Shown: positions 46,075-56,187, counted from the stretch's first letter. The stretch is DNA of 64,000 bases from Clostridia bacterium (GCA_017936565.1 JAGBFG010000012.1:2254-66253), one strand, 5' to 3'. The notes: generated by a model from the letters alone, not told the origin. Numbers and translations are program-made.

Positions 46075-47472
46075 TTAATACGCGATATGCTCTTCGATGT
46101 AGGTCTTCAATTCGGCAACGGGAACACGCACCTGCTCCATCGTGTCACGGTCACGGACGGTGACACAGCCGTCATTTTCGGTTTCAAAGTCCACGGTGAT
46201 ACAATAGGGTGTTCCTATCTCGTCTTCTCTGCGGTAGCGCTTACCGATAGAGCCCGTTTCATCAAAGTCCACCATAAAATAGCGGGAAAGCTCGGCATAG
46301 ATTTCCTCTGCCTTGGGAGAGAGCTTCTTGGAAAGAGGAAGGATGGCTGCCTTATAGGGAGCGAGAGCAGGATGCAAATGAAGCACCACGCGCACGTCAT
46401 TCTTTTCGGCATCCAAAACCTCTTCATCGTATGCGTCTACCAGGAAGGCAAGAGCCACACGGTCAGCACCAAGCGAGGGCTCTACCACGTAGGGCGTATA
46501 GCGCTCGTTGGTTTCGGGATCAAAATAGGTCATATCCTTGCCGCTATGGTTGCCGTGCTGGGTCAGGTCATAATCCGTTCTGTCGGCAATGCCCCAAAGC
46601 TCGCCCCAACCGAACGGAAACAAAAATTCAAAGTCGGTGGTGGCTTTGGAATAGAAGCAAAGCTCCTCGGGATCGTGGTCGCGCAGGCGGAGATTTTCGT
46701 CCTTCATACCGAGGTTGAGAAGGAACTTATGGCAATAATCCTTCCAGAAAGCAAACCATTCAAGGTCCGTGCCCGGCTTGCAGAAGAATTCAAGCTCCAT
46801 TTGCTCAAATTCACGGGTACGGAACACAAAGTTTCCGGGGGTAATTTCGTTGCGGAAGGATTTACCGATTTGCGCCACGCCAAAGGGGAGCTTGCGACGG
46901 GTGGAGCGCTGTACGGCAGGAAAATTCACGAAGATACCCTGCGCGGTTTCGGGGCGCAGATATACGGTATTGGAATTGTCCTCGGTAACGCCGATAAAGG
47001 TCTTGAACATCAGGTTGAACTTCTTGATATCGGTAAATTGCTTGCCACCGCAATCAGGGCAGGCAATGTCCTTTTCCTTGATATAGGCAGCCATTTCCTC
47101 AAAGGTCCAGCCGGCAGGATTGTCGTCCGTTCCGTTCTGGAAGGCGTATTCCTCAATCAACTTATCTGCGCGGTGACGCGCCTTGCATTGCTTGCAGTCC
47201 ATCAAGGGATCGGAGAAGCCGCCGACGTGCCCCGAGGCAACCCAAGCCTGCGGGTTCATAATGATGGCGCTGTCAAGCCCCACGTTATAAGGAGATTCCT
47301 GGACAAATTTTTTCCACCACGCCTTTTTTACGTTGTTCTTGAACTCCACACCCAAGGGGCCGTAGTCCCAGGAGTTGGCAAGACCGCCGTAAATTTCAGA
47401 GCCGGGAAAAATGAAGCCTCTGTTTTTGCAAAGCGCCACAATTTTGTCCATTGTTTTCTGTCTGTTATCCAT
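46075..47472 (-). CDS. glyQS: Glycine--tRNA ligase (homodimeric type)
   Basis: [24 protein letters not shown]..., [21 protein letters not shown] motifs. Confidence 0.95.
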   Translation of the reverse strand: MDNRQKTMDKIVALCKNRGFIFPGSEIYGGLANSWDYGPLGVEFKNNVKKAWWKKFVQESPYNVGLDSAIIMNPQAWVASGHVGGFSDPLMDCKQCKARHRADKLIEEYAFQNGTDDNPAGWTFEEMAAYIKEKDIACPDCGGKQFTDIKKFNLMFKTFIGVTEDNSNTVYLRPETAQGIFVNFPAVQRSTRRKLPFGVAQIGKSFRNEITPGNFVFRTREFEQMELEFFCKPGTDLEWFAFWKDYCHKFLLNLGMKDENLRLRDHDPEELCFYSKATTDFEFLFPFGWGELWGIADRTDYDLTQHGNHSGKDMTYFDPETNERYTPYVVEPSLGADRVALAFLVDAYDEEVLDAEKNDVRVVLHLHPALAPYKAAILPLSKKLSPKAEEIYAELSRYFMVDFDETGSIGKRYRREDEIGTPYCITVDFETENDGCVTVRDRDTMEQVRVPVAELKTYIEEHIAY

Positions 47473-47512
47473 TGTTTTGTTCCCTTCTTTTTTATCTATC
47501 GTCTTTATGTTA

Positions 47513-48832
47513 TTACTCTTTTACAATCGTTCCTTGTAAGCGCCCGTTCTTCACAGAAAGGGGTAAAACGGAGCAAAGAGCACCGTGCAAATTCTCTTGG
47601 GAGAACGCTTCCACCTCAAAAAACTCGTCCGAATGCCCTCGCCAAAGACCGCCTTTTTCCGTTTCAAACAAGACCTTTAAGGGCTCTGCCTTGAAAATTC
47701 TGTTTTGCTGTCTTTGTCGGGTCAATTCCTTGCCAAGCGCCGAAAGGCGCGCGCTTCTTTCCTTTTTGGTTTCCTCATCAATCTGCCCCTCAAAGGAAGC
47801 GGCAGGGGTGCCCTTTCGCGGAGAATAGGCAAAAACGTGCATATCGAGGAAAGCGGCTTGCCGCGCAAAGTCCATTGTTTCTTCAAAATCCTCTTGGGTT
47901 TCCCCGGGGAAGCCCACCATCATATCGGCAGTGAATTCCACTGTGGGTATCTGTTCTCTTAACGCAAGCACCGAAGAGAGCGCCATTTCTTTATTATACC
48001 GCCGCTTCATATTCCGCAACACCGCGGAAGAGCCGCTTTGCACCGAAAGATGAAAATGCGGAGTGAGCTTGGAAAGAGCTGAAAGGCGGTCTATAACGTC
48101 CATTTTCAGCCATTCGGGAGAAAGAGAGCCAAGACGGATACGGGAAACGGGGCTTTCCTTCTCTATTTTCTCCAACAAATCAATCAGCCCATAGGATGAG
48201 AAATCGGCGCCGTAGGAGGAGGTTTCAATGCCCGTTAAGACGACCTCTCTCGTGCCGCCATCACACAGCCCCTGTATTTCCGCTAAGATATCCTCTGCCC
48301 TTTTGGAGCGGACGTTGCCGCGCGCCAAGGAAATGGCGCAATAGGTGCAACGGCACTCGCACCCGTCCTCAATTTTAACGTAGGCGCGGGTACGGGGGGC
48401 ACTCTTAACGGTCATCGGCTCAAAAACGGCGTTTTCCAAGGGCAAAACGGAAGCGATGGGGAAAACTCTTCCCGAACTCTGTCGCTCAGCCAAAAGAGCC
48501 AGCGCTTTTTCGGGAAGGCGCATTTTGCCCTCTGTTCCTATCACGCAAGCGACGCCCCGAAGCCCCAAAACCTCGGAAGCCGACCTTTCGGAATAGCATC
48601 CCATCACCATAATAAGCGCCTCGGGATTCGTTCTGTTCGCGCGGCGAATGATCTGACGGGATTTGCGATCACTCTCGGCGGTAACGGTGCAGGTGTTTAC
48701 CACATACACGTCGCACACGTCCTTGAAGGAGCAAAGCTCAAACCCTGCCCCGACAAACGCCTCGGCGACTGCCTCTGTTTCATACTGGGAAACCTTGCAG
48801 CCAAGAGTGTAAAGTCCGACACGATATGCCAT
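47513..48832 (-). CDS. mtaB: MiaB-like tRNA methylthiotransferase (MtaB-type)
   Basis: LGCKVSQYE...NTCTVT UPF0004 domain, radical [15 protein letters not shown]-like C-terminus. Confidence 0.85.
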   Translation of the reverse strand: MAYRVGLYTLGCKVSQYETEAVAEAFVGAGFELCSFKDVCDVYVVNTCTVTAESDRKSRQIIRRANRTNPEALIMVMGCYSERSASEVLGLRGVACVIGTEGKMRLPEKALALLAERQSSGRVFPIASVLPLENAVFEPMTVKSAPRTRAYVKIEDGCECRCTYCAISLARGNVRSKRAEDILAEIQGLCDGGTREVVLTGIETSSYGADFSSYGLIDLLEKIEKESPVSRIRLGSLSPEWLKMDVIDRLSALSKLTPHFHLSVQSGSSAVLRNMKRRYNKEMALSSVLALREQIPTVEFTADMMVGFPGETQEDFEETMDFARQAAFLDMHVFAYSPRKGTPAASFEGQIDEETKKERSARLSALGKELTRQRQQNRIFKAEPLKVLFETEKGGLWRGHSDEFFEVEAFSQENLHGALCSVLPLSVKNGRLQGTIVKE

Positions 48833-48865
48833 AACGCCTCCCCCGCAAGAATAGAGATTTTCCTC

Positions 48866-50086
48866 TTATTGCAGGATTACTTTCTTATAATTTTTCTTGC
48901 CGCGGCGCAAAACGATGCCCGTCTTTAAGGCCTCAAGCGAGAATGCGGCGCGGATATCGGTAACCTTTTCGCCATCAACCGTGACGCCGCCCTGCTCAAC
49001 GGCGCGGCGCGCCTCGGAACGGGAAGGAACCAGCTCTGCTTCTACAAGCAGTGTCAAAATATCTGCTTTATCCTCTGTCAAGACAGAGGCGGAAATTTCC
49101 TTGGTGGGAATATCGCCCGTGGCATTGCCACCAAACAGGGCGCGAGAGGAAGCGCGGGCTGCCTCAGCCTCAGCCTCGCCGTGAACCAGCTTGGTCAATT
49201 CATACGCCAAAATGTCCTTCGCGTCATTCAGCTGGCTTCCTTCCCAATTTGCCATCTTATCAATTTCTTCAAGCGGCAGGAAGGTCAGCATACGGATGCA
49301 CTTCAAGACGTCGTTGTCGCCCACGTTTCTCCAATACTGATAAAATTCAAAGGGGGTGGTTTTGTTGGGGTCGAGCCAGACGGCGCCGTTTGCGGTTTTG
49401 CCCATCTTTTTGCCCTCGGAGTTGAGAAGAAGGGTAATAGTCATTGCGTGCGCGTCCTCGCCGAGCTTGCGACGGATAAGCTCCGTACCCGCTAACATAT
49501 TGCTCCATTGGTCATCGCCCCCGAACTGCATATTACAGCCATAGTTCTGGAACAGATAATAGAAGTCATATGCCTGCATAATCATATAGTTAAATTCCAA
49601 GAAGGAAAGACCCTTTTCCATTCTTTGGCGGTAGCATTCCGCGGTCAGCATACGGTTTACGGAGAAGCAAGCGCCAACCTCACGCAGCATATCGATATAA
49701 TTTAAGGAAAGCAGCCAATCGGCGTTATTGACCATAATGGCTTTTCCGTCTCCAAACTCGATAAAACGCTCCATCTGCTTGCGGAAGCATTCACAGTTAT
49801 GGTTGATGGTTTCGGTTGTCATCATCGTACGCATATCGGAGCGCCCCGAGGGGTCGCCGATGTGCCCTGTTCCGCCGCCAATCAAAACGACAGGGCGGTT
49901 GCCCGCCATTTGCAGACGCTTCATCAGGCAAAGCGCCATAAAGTGACCGACGTGCAAGGAATCTGCCGTGGGATCAAAGCCGATGTAGAAAATCGCCTTT
50001 CCCTCGTTGATCATCGTTTCAATTTCTTCTTTATTGGTTACTTGGGCTATCAAGCCGCGGGCAACCAATTCGTCATAAATTTTCAT
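48866..50086 (-). CDS. tyrS: Tyrosine--tRNA ligase
   Basis: GFDPTADSLHVGH (HIGH) and KMGKT (KMSKS) motifs, S4 C-terminal domain; ATG 50086 follows GGAG. Confidence 0.95.
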   Translation of the reverse strand: MKIYDELVARGLIAQVTNKEEIETMINEGKAIFYIGFDPTADSLHVGHFMALCLMKRLQMAGNRPVVLIGGGTGHIGDPSGRSDMRTMMTTETINHNCECFRKQMERFIEFGDGKAIMVNNADWLLSLNYIDMLREVGACFSVNRMLTAECYRQRMEKGLSFLEFNYMIMQAYDFYYLFQNYGCNMQFGGDDQWSNMLAGTELIRRKLGEDAHAMTITLLLNSEGKKMGKTANGAVWLDPNKTTPFEFYQYWRNVGDNDVLKCIRMLTFLPLEEIDKMANWEGSQLNDAKDILAYELTKLVHGEAEAEAARASSRALFGGNATGDIPTKEISASVLTEDKADILTLLVEAELVPSRSEARRAVEQGGVTVDGEKVTDIRAAFSLEALKTGIVLRRGKKNYKKVILQ

Positions 50087-50192
50087 TGCAATCTCCATTC
50101 TGCCGCCGGCGCGGCACAAGTATTCGCTGAAATTGACAAAGCGAGCCGTGTTAAAATATATCTCTTCTATTATACGCTTTTGCGCGAGAAAG

Positions 50193-50948
50193 TCAAGAGA
50201 TTTTCAAGGGATTTGGGGTATAAATTTCACAAAAAACAGTTTCATCTATTTCTTTTACGTATTCGTTAAGCAAAAGCGCGCTGTGCCTCTCGGAAAAATA
50301 ATGCCCCGCTTCTACTGCGTTGATGGGGGAGTCTATCATAGCGTGGTATCCAATTCTGCCCGCAAGGTATGCATCTGCTCCTTTTTCGATGGCAGAAGGC
50401 AAAAAGTCCTTCCCCTCTCCGCCGACCAGAGCCACGGTTTTTACCTCGTCCTTGACAAAGCGGGTACAAAGGGCGGTGGTGCCTAACGCCTGTTTTACTC
50501 GCTCACAAAAGTCAGAAAAGGAGAGCGGCGAGGGCAAAACGCCAATTCTGCCAATGGCAGAGTCGCAAGATAAGCGCTTTACATCCTGTAAGCCGAGCAT
50601 ATTTGCCAAGGCATCGTTAATGCCGCCGTCTACCGCGTCAAGCCTGGTATGAAAAGAAAAAACGGCAATATCGGCATCGAGCAAAGCGATGACGCGCCGC
50701 GCCACTGCCCCATCCTCCGTTACGGAAGACAGCGGGGAGAAGACAAGCGGGTGGTGAGAGAGTATCAGGTCAAAGCCGCCCTTTTTGGCATAATCTACAA
50801 CCTCGTCCGTCACGTCCAAGACGCAGAGCACGCGCAAAACCGCCCGATCCATATTTTTGGCGCACATAACGCCGTCGTTATCCCACTCTTCTCTCAGTGA
50901 AGACGGGATTTTTTCTTCTAAAAAGCCGAAAAGCTCTCTTCTGTTCAT
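50193..50948 (-). CDS. Nif3-like dinuclear metal centre protein
   Basis: WDNDGV...ILSHHPLVF...EAGHYFSE NIF3 pattern. Confidence 0.85.
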   Translation of the reverse strand: MNRRELFGFLEEKIPSSLREEWDNDGVMCAKNMDRAVLRVLCVLDVTDEVVDYAKKGGFDLILSHHPLVFSPLSSVTEDGAVARRVIALLDADIAVFSFHTRLDAVDGGINDALANMLGLQDVKRLSCDSAIGRIGVLPSPLSFSDFCERVKQALGTTALCTRFVKDEVKTVALVGGEGKDFLPSAIEKGADAYLAGRIGYHAMIDSPINAVEAGHYFSERHSALLLNEYVKEIDETVFCEIYTPNPLKIS

Positions 50949-50988
50949 CCTTTTCTCCATTCCTTTGCGGCACCTTCGCAAAAGCCTT

Positions 50989-51702
50989 TTACTGCTCTTT
51001 TTTTATAGCCTGCCAAAAGGCAAAAAGACCTTGGGCGTAGGCTGTTTCCGCTTCGACCTCGTCAGAAAGACGGGGCGTTTGCTTCATATTTTCTATTTTC
51101 TTTTGCTGGGAAGCGCATTTGGCTTCCACATAGCGCAAGAAGGCGGGAGTATGTTCCTTTTGATAGAGCCCCTCTCCAAGCTCCGCTTCCAAGCGAGAGA
51201 GGGTCTTTTTCTCCCCTGTATAATGACAGCACAGGCAAAAATAACATTTTCCTTGGGCTTCTATGGCACGCTCCTCTTGTATGGCGAAGCCGTTTTCCGC
51301 CAAGAAGGAGCGCAAGGCTGCGTGTCTTGTCATGGGCTGCAAAACAAGTCGCACCCCTTTGTCCTTTATAAACTGCGCCCTTTGTAAAATAGAGGCGATA
51401 AGCTCGCCTCCCATACCGCAGACGGTAATATCCGTGATGCCCTTGTCTTCAAGCCCCTCTAAACCATCAGTCCGAACGAGGGTAATTTGCGACGCAAGCC
51501 CCTTTTCCTCTACGTGACGGCGGGCAAACTCCAAGGGCCCCTTGGCAACGTCCGTTGCGTAGGCTCTTTCAACCTTTCCGCACTCGCAAAGAAAAACAGG
51601 CAGGATGGCGTGGTCTGTACCGATATCGGCCAAAACCGCCCCCTGCCTGACGAAATCCGCGGCGGAGCGCAATCTTTCATCCGGCACCGCGCACTTTTTC
51701 AT
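50989..51702 (-). CDS. trmK: tRNA (adenine22-N1)-methyltransferase
   Basis: LADIGTDHAILPVFL...TDVAKGPL...ICGMGGELI TrmK pattern. Confidence 0.85.
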   Translation of the reverse strand: MKKCAVPDERLRSAADFVRQGAVLADIGTDHAILPVFLCECGKVERAYATDVAKGPLEFARRHVEEKGLASQITLVRTDGLEGLEDKGITDITVCGMGGELIASILQRAQFIKDKGVRLVLQPMTRHAALRSFLAENGFAIQEERAIEAQGKCYFCLCCHYTGEKKTLSRLEAELGEGLYQKEHTPAFLRYVEAKCASQQKKIENMKQTPRLSDEVEAETAYAQGLFAFWQAIKKEQ

Positions 51703-51703
51703 C

Positions 51704-51901
51704 TTACTTGCTCAAAAACGCGTTGATTTTGGCAATCAAGGCATCGGCATCGGTGCCGTGCGCGGCGCAAGCCTCCGCAATGGTTTCCGCGCGGGAGCAG
51801 GGGCATTCCAAGCAATGCATACCCATTTCCAAGAAATAAACGGAAACTTCCTTGTTCGCGTCCAAGATGTCTCCGATTACCGTATCTTTTGTAACGATCA
51901 T
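51704..51901 (-). CDS. DUF1858-domain small protein
   Basis: ITKDTVIGDIL...MGMHCLECP...ETIAEACAAHG pattern. Confidence 0.75.
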   Translation of the reverse strand: MIVTKDTVIGDILDANKEVSVYFLEMGMHCLECPCSRAETIAEACAAHGTDADALIAKINAFLSK

Positions 51902-52095
51902 TTTATTTTTTTCCTTTCATTTTTTTCTTTATTATACTCTTTTCAGGAAAAAAAGTCAATATTTTATAGGAAATTCTTGAAATGTGTATTTACAAATTTG
52001 CATTTTTGCGGTATAATATACGTAGATATAGGATTTTGCCCAAGGCAAAACGCCTTTTTTGTGAAATACATCCTTACGGAAGGACGGAAATCCCT

Positions 52096-53208
52096 TTGAA
52101 CATTGCATTAGAAGAAGCAAAGCACGATTTGTTGGCTATGCGGGAAGAGCTTAAAAAATTAGGAGACTCCTTACACATTGAAGAGCTGCGCTTGAAAGCC
52201 AAGGAGCTTGAGGAAATGACATACGCTGAGGACTTTTGGAACAACCAGGAGCGCAGCAGTAAGGTTTCCAAGGAGCTTGCCCAATACAAAGGTACCATTG
52301 AAGAATATGACGCGGTTTGCACCCGACTGGAAGACGCCCTGACCTTAACCGAGCTTGCCCTGGAAGAGGGGGATGACACGGTGCTTGACGAGGTTCTGGC
52401 AGAGCTTGACTTTATCCGCAAGGAAGAGGAAAGACAGCGCATTGAAATTCTGCTTTCGGGCGAATATGACCGCAACAACGCCATTGTTTCCTTCCACCCT
52501 GGGGCTGGTGGAACAGAGGCGCAGGACTGGGCATCTATGCTTTACCGTATGTATTGCCGCTGGGGCGAGCAGCATAATTTTAAGGTCAAGCTGCTTGATT
52601 GGTTGGACGGTGACGAGGCGGGGCTCAAAAGTGCCACCATTTTGGTTGAGGGTGTTCACGCTTATGGGTACTTGAAGAGCGAAAACGGCGTTCACCGTTT
52701 GGTTCGCGTTTCTCCTTTTGACGCATCGGGCAGACGGCAGACATCCTTCGCTTCGGTAGAGGTTATGCCTGAATTTAACGACGATGACAACACCATTGAA
52801 TTAAGAGACGAGGATTTGGAAATCACCGCCCACCGTTCCTCGGGGGCTGGCGGTCAGCACATCAACAAGACCGACTCGGCTATTCGTATCGTTCATATTC
52901 CCACAGGAATTGTGGTTGGCTGTCAGACAGAGAGAAGCCAGCTACAAAACAAAGAAACCGCCTTGAAAATGCTGAAATCCAAGCTGATGGAAATCAAAGC
53001 CAGAGAAAAGCTTGACAAGATTGAGGACATTCAAGGGGTGAAAAACAATATTGAATGGGGCTCTCAAATTCGCAGCTACGTCTTTATGCCCTACACCTTG
53101 GTGAAGGACACGCGCACAGGCTACGAAACCGCAGACGTGGGCGCGGTGATGGACGGTGACCTTGATGGCTTCATCAATGCTTATCTCAAAGAAAACGCAA
53201 AAAAATAA
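52096..53208 (+). CDS. prfB: Peptide chain release factor 2, contiguous ORF (no programmed +1 frameshift), probable TTG start
   Basis: SPF tripeptide (RVSPFD), GGQ (SGAGGQHINKT); alignment from memory with B. subtilis RF2 puts the N-terminus at TTG 52096; the track ATG 51982 overlaps the promoter. Confidence 0.9.
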   Translation: MNIALEEAKHDLLAMREELKKLGDSLHIEELRLKAKELEEMTYAEDFWNNQERSSKVSKELAQYKGTIEEYDAVCTRLEDALTLTELALEEGDDTVLDEVLAELDFIRKEEERQRIEILLSGEYDRNNAIVSFHPGAGGTEAQDWASMLYRMYCRWGEQHNFKVKLLDWLDGDEAGLKSATILVEGVHAYGYLKSENGVHRLVRVSPFDASGRRQTSFASVEVMPEFNDDDNTIELRDEDLEITAHRSSGAGGQHINKTDSAIRIVHIPTGIVVGCQTERSQLQNKETALKMLKSKLMEIKAREKLDKIEDIQGVKNNIEWGSQIRSYVFMPYTLVKDTRTGYETADVGAVMDGDLDGFINAYLKENAKK

Positions 53209-53241
53209 TTTATAAATCATATAAAGAAAGGGAGAATTATT

Positions 53242-53514
53242 ATGTTGAAAAATTCCAAATTTGCCGTTGCTATCACTTTATTTGTGCAATCTGTTGCCTT
53301 CTTTATTCTCTTTATCGTTGCTTGCTTTAAGAAAAAAGGTATTGCAGGCGCATTTCTTGCCATTGCCGTAGCAGAAGGAACGACAGGAACGCTTTTACTT
53401 GATATGTGCAAAAAGGAGATAGCCGCAACATCCGTGTCTATGGATGAAGAGGATTTGGACGTTGACGAGGCGACTCTTAACGACAGTCTTTCCCGCAGCG
53501 ACATTGAGGCTTAA
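53242..53514 (+). CDS. Small membrane protein with acidic C-terminal tail, unknown function
   Basis: Two predicted TM helices; RBS AAAGGGAG upstream; terminator at 53553-53581. Confidence 0.6.
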   Translation: MLKNSKFAVAITLFVQSVAFFILFIVACFKKKGIAGAFLAIAVAEGTTGTLLLDMCKKEIAATSVSMDEEDLDVDEATLNDSLSRSDIEA

Positions 53515-53686
53515 TATACACGGTAAATAAAGGCCTTTTGCCCTGTTTTTAGAAAAAACGGCAGTTAACTGCCGTTTTTTTCTTTGCCTTCCTTTATTTT
53601 TGACTTTCTTTTTTCTTTCCTTTTGCGTATACTAATAGTATCGAAAGGATTACATTTGCCCTTTGGCAAAGAAAGGATAGTCAGCG

Positions 53687-54301
53687 ATGGAAATTATTCG
53701 CATAAACGATAACAAGCTGAAGGTCATTCTCACCGAGCAGGATATGACAGACTATGCCCTCTCTACCGAGGAGCTGAATTATGACAACACCGAAACCCGC
53801 AGGGCCTTGTGGGAAATATTAGACGAGGCAAAGCAAAAAACAGGCTTTAACGCCGCCGCTGAACGCATTTTTGTGCAAGCCTATCCCGATAAAAAGGGCG
53901 GCTGCGAGATTTACGTTACAAAGTTCGGGGAAGGAGAACGAAGCGTTAAAAGAGAGGAAGGCAAACGGATCTTGCGCGGGCGAGTCAGTATTTTTGCCTT
54001 TGAGGATTTCAATATGCTTTGCGAGGTTTGCGCTAAAATTCACAAGAGAGGCGGCGTGTATGAAAGTGCTGTATTCTTTCACTCTCCCCTCTATTACCTT
54101 TTTATTAAAGAGCCCCTCTCCACCGCCATTTTCAGTCAAAGCAAGCTCTCCCCACTGAGCTTCGTTGAGGAATACACCCCCAGAGCCAAAAGCAATCTCC
54201 TTGGCGCTTACATAAGAGAGCACGGAGAATGTATTTTACCCAAAAACGCGATTGAGAGACTTGCTGCCTTCGGCGCGCCTGTAACGGCTAATACTGTGTA
54301 A
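53687..54301 (+). CDS. mecA: Adaptor protein MecA
   Basis: MEIIRINDNKLKVILTEQDM...RRALWEILDEA pattern typical of MecA N-domain. Confidence 0.8.
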   Translation: MEIIRINDNKLKVILTEQDMTDYALSTEELNYDNTETRRALWEILDEAKQKTGFNAAAERIFVQAYPDKKGGCEIYVTKFGEGERSVKREEGKRILRGRVSIFAFEDFNMLCEVCAKIHKRGGVYESAVFFHSPLYYLFIKEPLSTAIFSQSKLSPLSFVEEYTPRAKSNLLGAYIREHGECILPKNAIERLAAFGAPVTANTV

Positions 54302-54435
54302 TAATAACTGATAAAGCGATGAACATACGTATTTTCTTTGAAAATCTCCCTATTTTGCGCCTTTTTTTGCGCAAAATAGAGCGGACTGTCTCGAAAGACA
54401 GCCCGCTTTATTTTTAGGGGTTTGCGCTTTATAAT

Positions 54436-54891
54436 CTATTCATCAAAATTTGCCAAATTATAAATTCTTTTGCCTTTTCTTCTTGCGTGTTTATAGGTTG
54501 TATACGCTCCACCCCAAGCATGAGAAACGTAAGCCACAATATAATCGGATTTTTCCACCATATATTTGTTGCGATATGTGATCGCAAATCGTTTGGGTTT
54601 ATCCTCAATTTCAGGATAGATAATTAAATCATATCTTTTCTTTTGGTATTCCAAGTGGTTTTTCTGATATTCCAGAGTCAGATACGGAGTAACAAATATG
54701 AGCGAAATTTTGGGGTGCTTTTCCTTGTATTTCTTGCAGCAATTATATGCAAAATTATCAAAATCCCCGTAATCACCTAAATACATATCGGCGTATTGAT
54801 TTCCTACTTTTTCTTCCAAAAAGTCAAGTATTTTTTGCTCGTGTTCCTTTGATTTAGGAAACTGAGCGTGTCCGCAAAAAGCTATAATCAT
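54436..54891 (-). CDS. SLOG/DUF1273-like (DprA/LOG-fold) small protein in an AT-rich islet
   Basis: IAFCGH near the N-terminus and HAWGGAYTTYKHARRKGKRIYNL near the C-terminus resemble the DUF1273/SLOG pattern; ATG 54891 preferred. Confidence 0.55.
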   Translation of the reverse strand: MIIAFCGHAQFPKSKEHEQKILDFLEEKVGNQYADMYLGDYGDFDNFAYNCCKKYKEKHPKISLIFVTPYLTLEYQKNHLEYQKKRYDLIIYPEIEDKPKRFAITYRNKYMVEKSDYIVAYVSHAWGGAYTTYKHARRKGKRIYNLANFDE

Positions 54892-54906
54892 AGCTTCTTC
54901 TCTCTT

Positions 54907-54930
54907 ATTATGTAGGTGCACCTACATAAT
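54907..54930. promoter_or_regulatory. Perfect 24-bp palindrome (attatgtaggtg|cacctacataat), probable XRE operator; extra TGTAGGT-like half-sites at 54960 and 55009
   Basis: Read directly from sequence in the divergent SLOG-like/xre intergenic region. Confidence 0.6.
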
Positions 54931-55054
54931 ATAGCATACTTTTGAAAAAATCAAGAGTATGTAGGTATGCCTTCTTATAATTTTGTCAATTTCCTGGTAC
55001 ACTGTATGCGTAGGTAAATCTACGGAGTTAAATCTTCTTATCGGGGGTACCAAC

Positions 55055-55300
55055 TTGACTGTAAATGACGCTGTTGCAAAGCGGATTTCCAAGCTGCTGC
55101 GCGAAAAGGGTATGTCACAATATCGCTTGGAGCAAGAATCTGGAATACAGCACGGAAGTATGCAATGCATAATGAACGGACGAAACAAAACGGTAACGCT
55201 GAGCACCGTCATTATGCTGGCAAAAGGATTTGGTATGCCTCTGACTGCGTTTTTGGATGATGCTGTTTTCCGTTCAGAGAATTTAGAGATAGAACAGTGA
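55055..55300 (+). CDS. XRE-family HTH transcriptional regulator
   Basis: VAKRISKLLREKGMSQYRLEQESGIQHGSMQCIMNGR HTH_3 pattern; TTG 55055 after GGGGG preferred to track start 54983; terminator 55300-55330. Confidence 0.8.
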   Translation: MTVNDAVAKRISKLLREKGMSQYRLEQESGIQHGSMQCIMNGRNKTVTLSTVIMLAKGFGMPLTAFLDDAVFRSENLEIEQ

Positions 55301-55428
55301 AAGCCGCCTTGCGTATGGGCGGCTTTTTTGCTTTTTTACCTTGACTTTTTGTGGGAATGTTGTTATACTGTTTTTGAAAGAGACACCGATGACATACTTT
55401 TGAGAAAAAACAAAATCGGAGAAAAAAG

Positions 55429-55980
55429 ATGAACACTTCCCAAGCACAACCGAAAAAATTAAGGCTTGCCGCCATACTGCCGCAAAAGAGGGAGCTTTTG
55501 GCTGCTTTTTGCGCGGTTGCGCTCGCCGTTATACTGCCGCAGCTGTGCCATTTGATTGGGGGAAAGCCCCTTGGAAATATGCTCTCTCCTATGCACCTGC
55601 CTATTCTTTTTATCGGTCTTTTGTCAGGCGCCAAGGCGGGCGCCTTGGCGGGCTTTGCCGCGCCCTTGGTCAGCTTTGCCTTGACGGGAATGCCGCCTGT
55701 GCTCTCTTTGCCGTATATGGTCGTGGAGCTTTGTTTTTACGGATTGACAGCAGGCATTTTGAACGGAACAAGGCTGCCGTCTTTGGTGCGTCTTGTCTTT
55801 GCGCAGGTCGCGGGGCGTGTGGCTCGTTTTTTGGCGATGGGCATTGCCCTTCTCTTCTTCTCACAGACCTCGCTTTCCCCCGTTTCCATTTTCCTTTCCG
55901 TGAAGGAAGGAATTTGGGGATTGGCTTTGCAATGGCTTCTCATTCCGCCCTTGCTCTTTTGGGTGAAAAGAAAAAAATAA
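55429..55980 (+). CDS. ECF transporter S component-like membrane protein
   Basis: Six-helix small membrane protein with ILPQLCHL...MHLPILFIGLLSG pattern. Confidence 0.6.
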   Translation: MNTSQAQPKKLRLAAILPQKRELLAAFCAVALAVILPQLCHLIGGKPLGNMLSPMHLPILFIGLLSGAKAGALAGFAAPLVSFALTGMPPVLSLPYMVVELCFYGLTAGILNGTRLPSLVRLVFAQVAGRVARFLAMGIALLFFSQTSLSPVSIFLSVKEGIWGLALQWLLIPPLLFWVKRKK

Positions 55981-56033
55981 GAGGTCCTTTAACGAAATCT
56001 CTTTAAAAAACCGAAAAATCTTTCAAAAACCTC

Positions 56034-56062
56034 TTGCTTTTTGCAATATGTTGTGTTATAAT
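56034..56062 (+). promoter_or_regulatory. Promoter of tRNA-Trp
   Basis: TTGCTT 56034-56039, 17-nt spacer, TGtTATAAT (-10 at 56057-56062). Confidence 0.65.
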
Positions 56063-56075
56063 ATAGCAGTCGCAA

Positions 56076-56151
56076 AGGGGTGTAGTTCAGTTGGTAGAAC
56101 GGCAGTCTCCAAAACTGCATGTCCAGAGTTCAAGTCTTTGCGCCCCTGCCA
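56076..56151 (+). tRNA. tRNA-Trp (anticodon CCA), CCA encoded
   Basis: Hand-folded cloverleaf: acceptor AGGGGTG/CGCCCCT, anticodon loop CTCCAAA, T-loop TTCAAGT. Confidence 0.9.
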
Positions 56152-56187
56152 AACAAAAAGCACGCCTGTCGGCGTGTTTTTTGTTTG
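56152..56187 (+). terminator. tRNA-Trp terminator
   Basis: aaaaagcacgcc-tgtc-ggcgtgtttttt; outer arms include the tRNA 3' end ctgccaaac / gtttggcag. Confidence 0.8.

Noticed and set aside
46087-47694. 535-aa + strand ORF
   Set aside because: It is the antisense shadow of glyQS and the mtaB 3' end. It has no RBS and no recognisable domain.
50087-50192. T-box leader upstream of tyrS
   Set aside because: The intergenic region is only ~106 nt. It holds a consensus promoter (TTGACT-17-TATAAT) but no T-box sequence or specifier structure.
51982-52095. ATG 51982 as the prfB start (408-aa version)
   Set aside because: The extension overlaps the promoter -10 region and adds ~38 residues with no counterpart in RF2. 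The TTG at 52096 gives the expected length.
52091-52099. CTT TGA motif as the classical RF2 programmed +1 frameshift site
   Set aside because: The frame is wrong: a +1 slip from CTT-TGA enters a frame that hits TAA after ~19 codons. The RF2 ORF is in the other frame and reads through the normal frameshift position without a stop.
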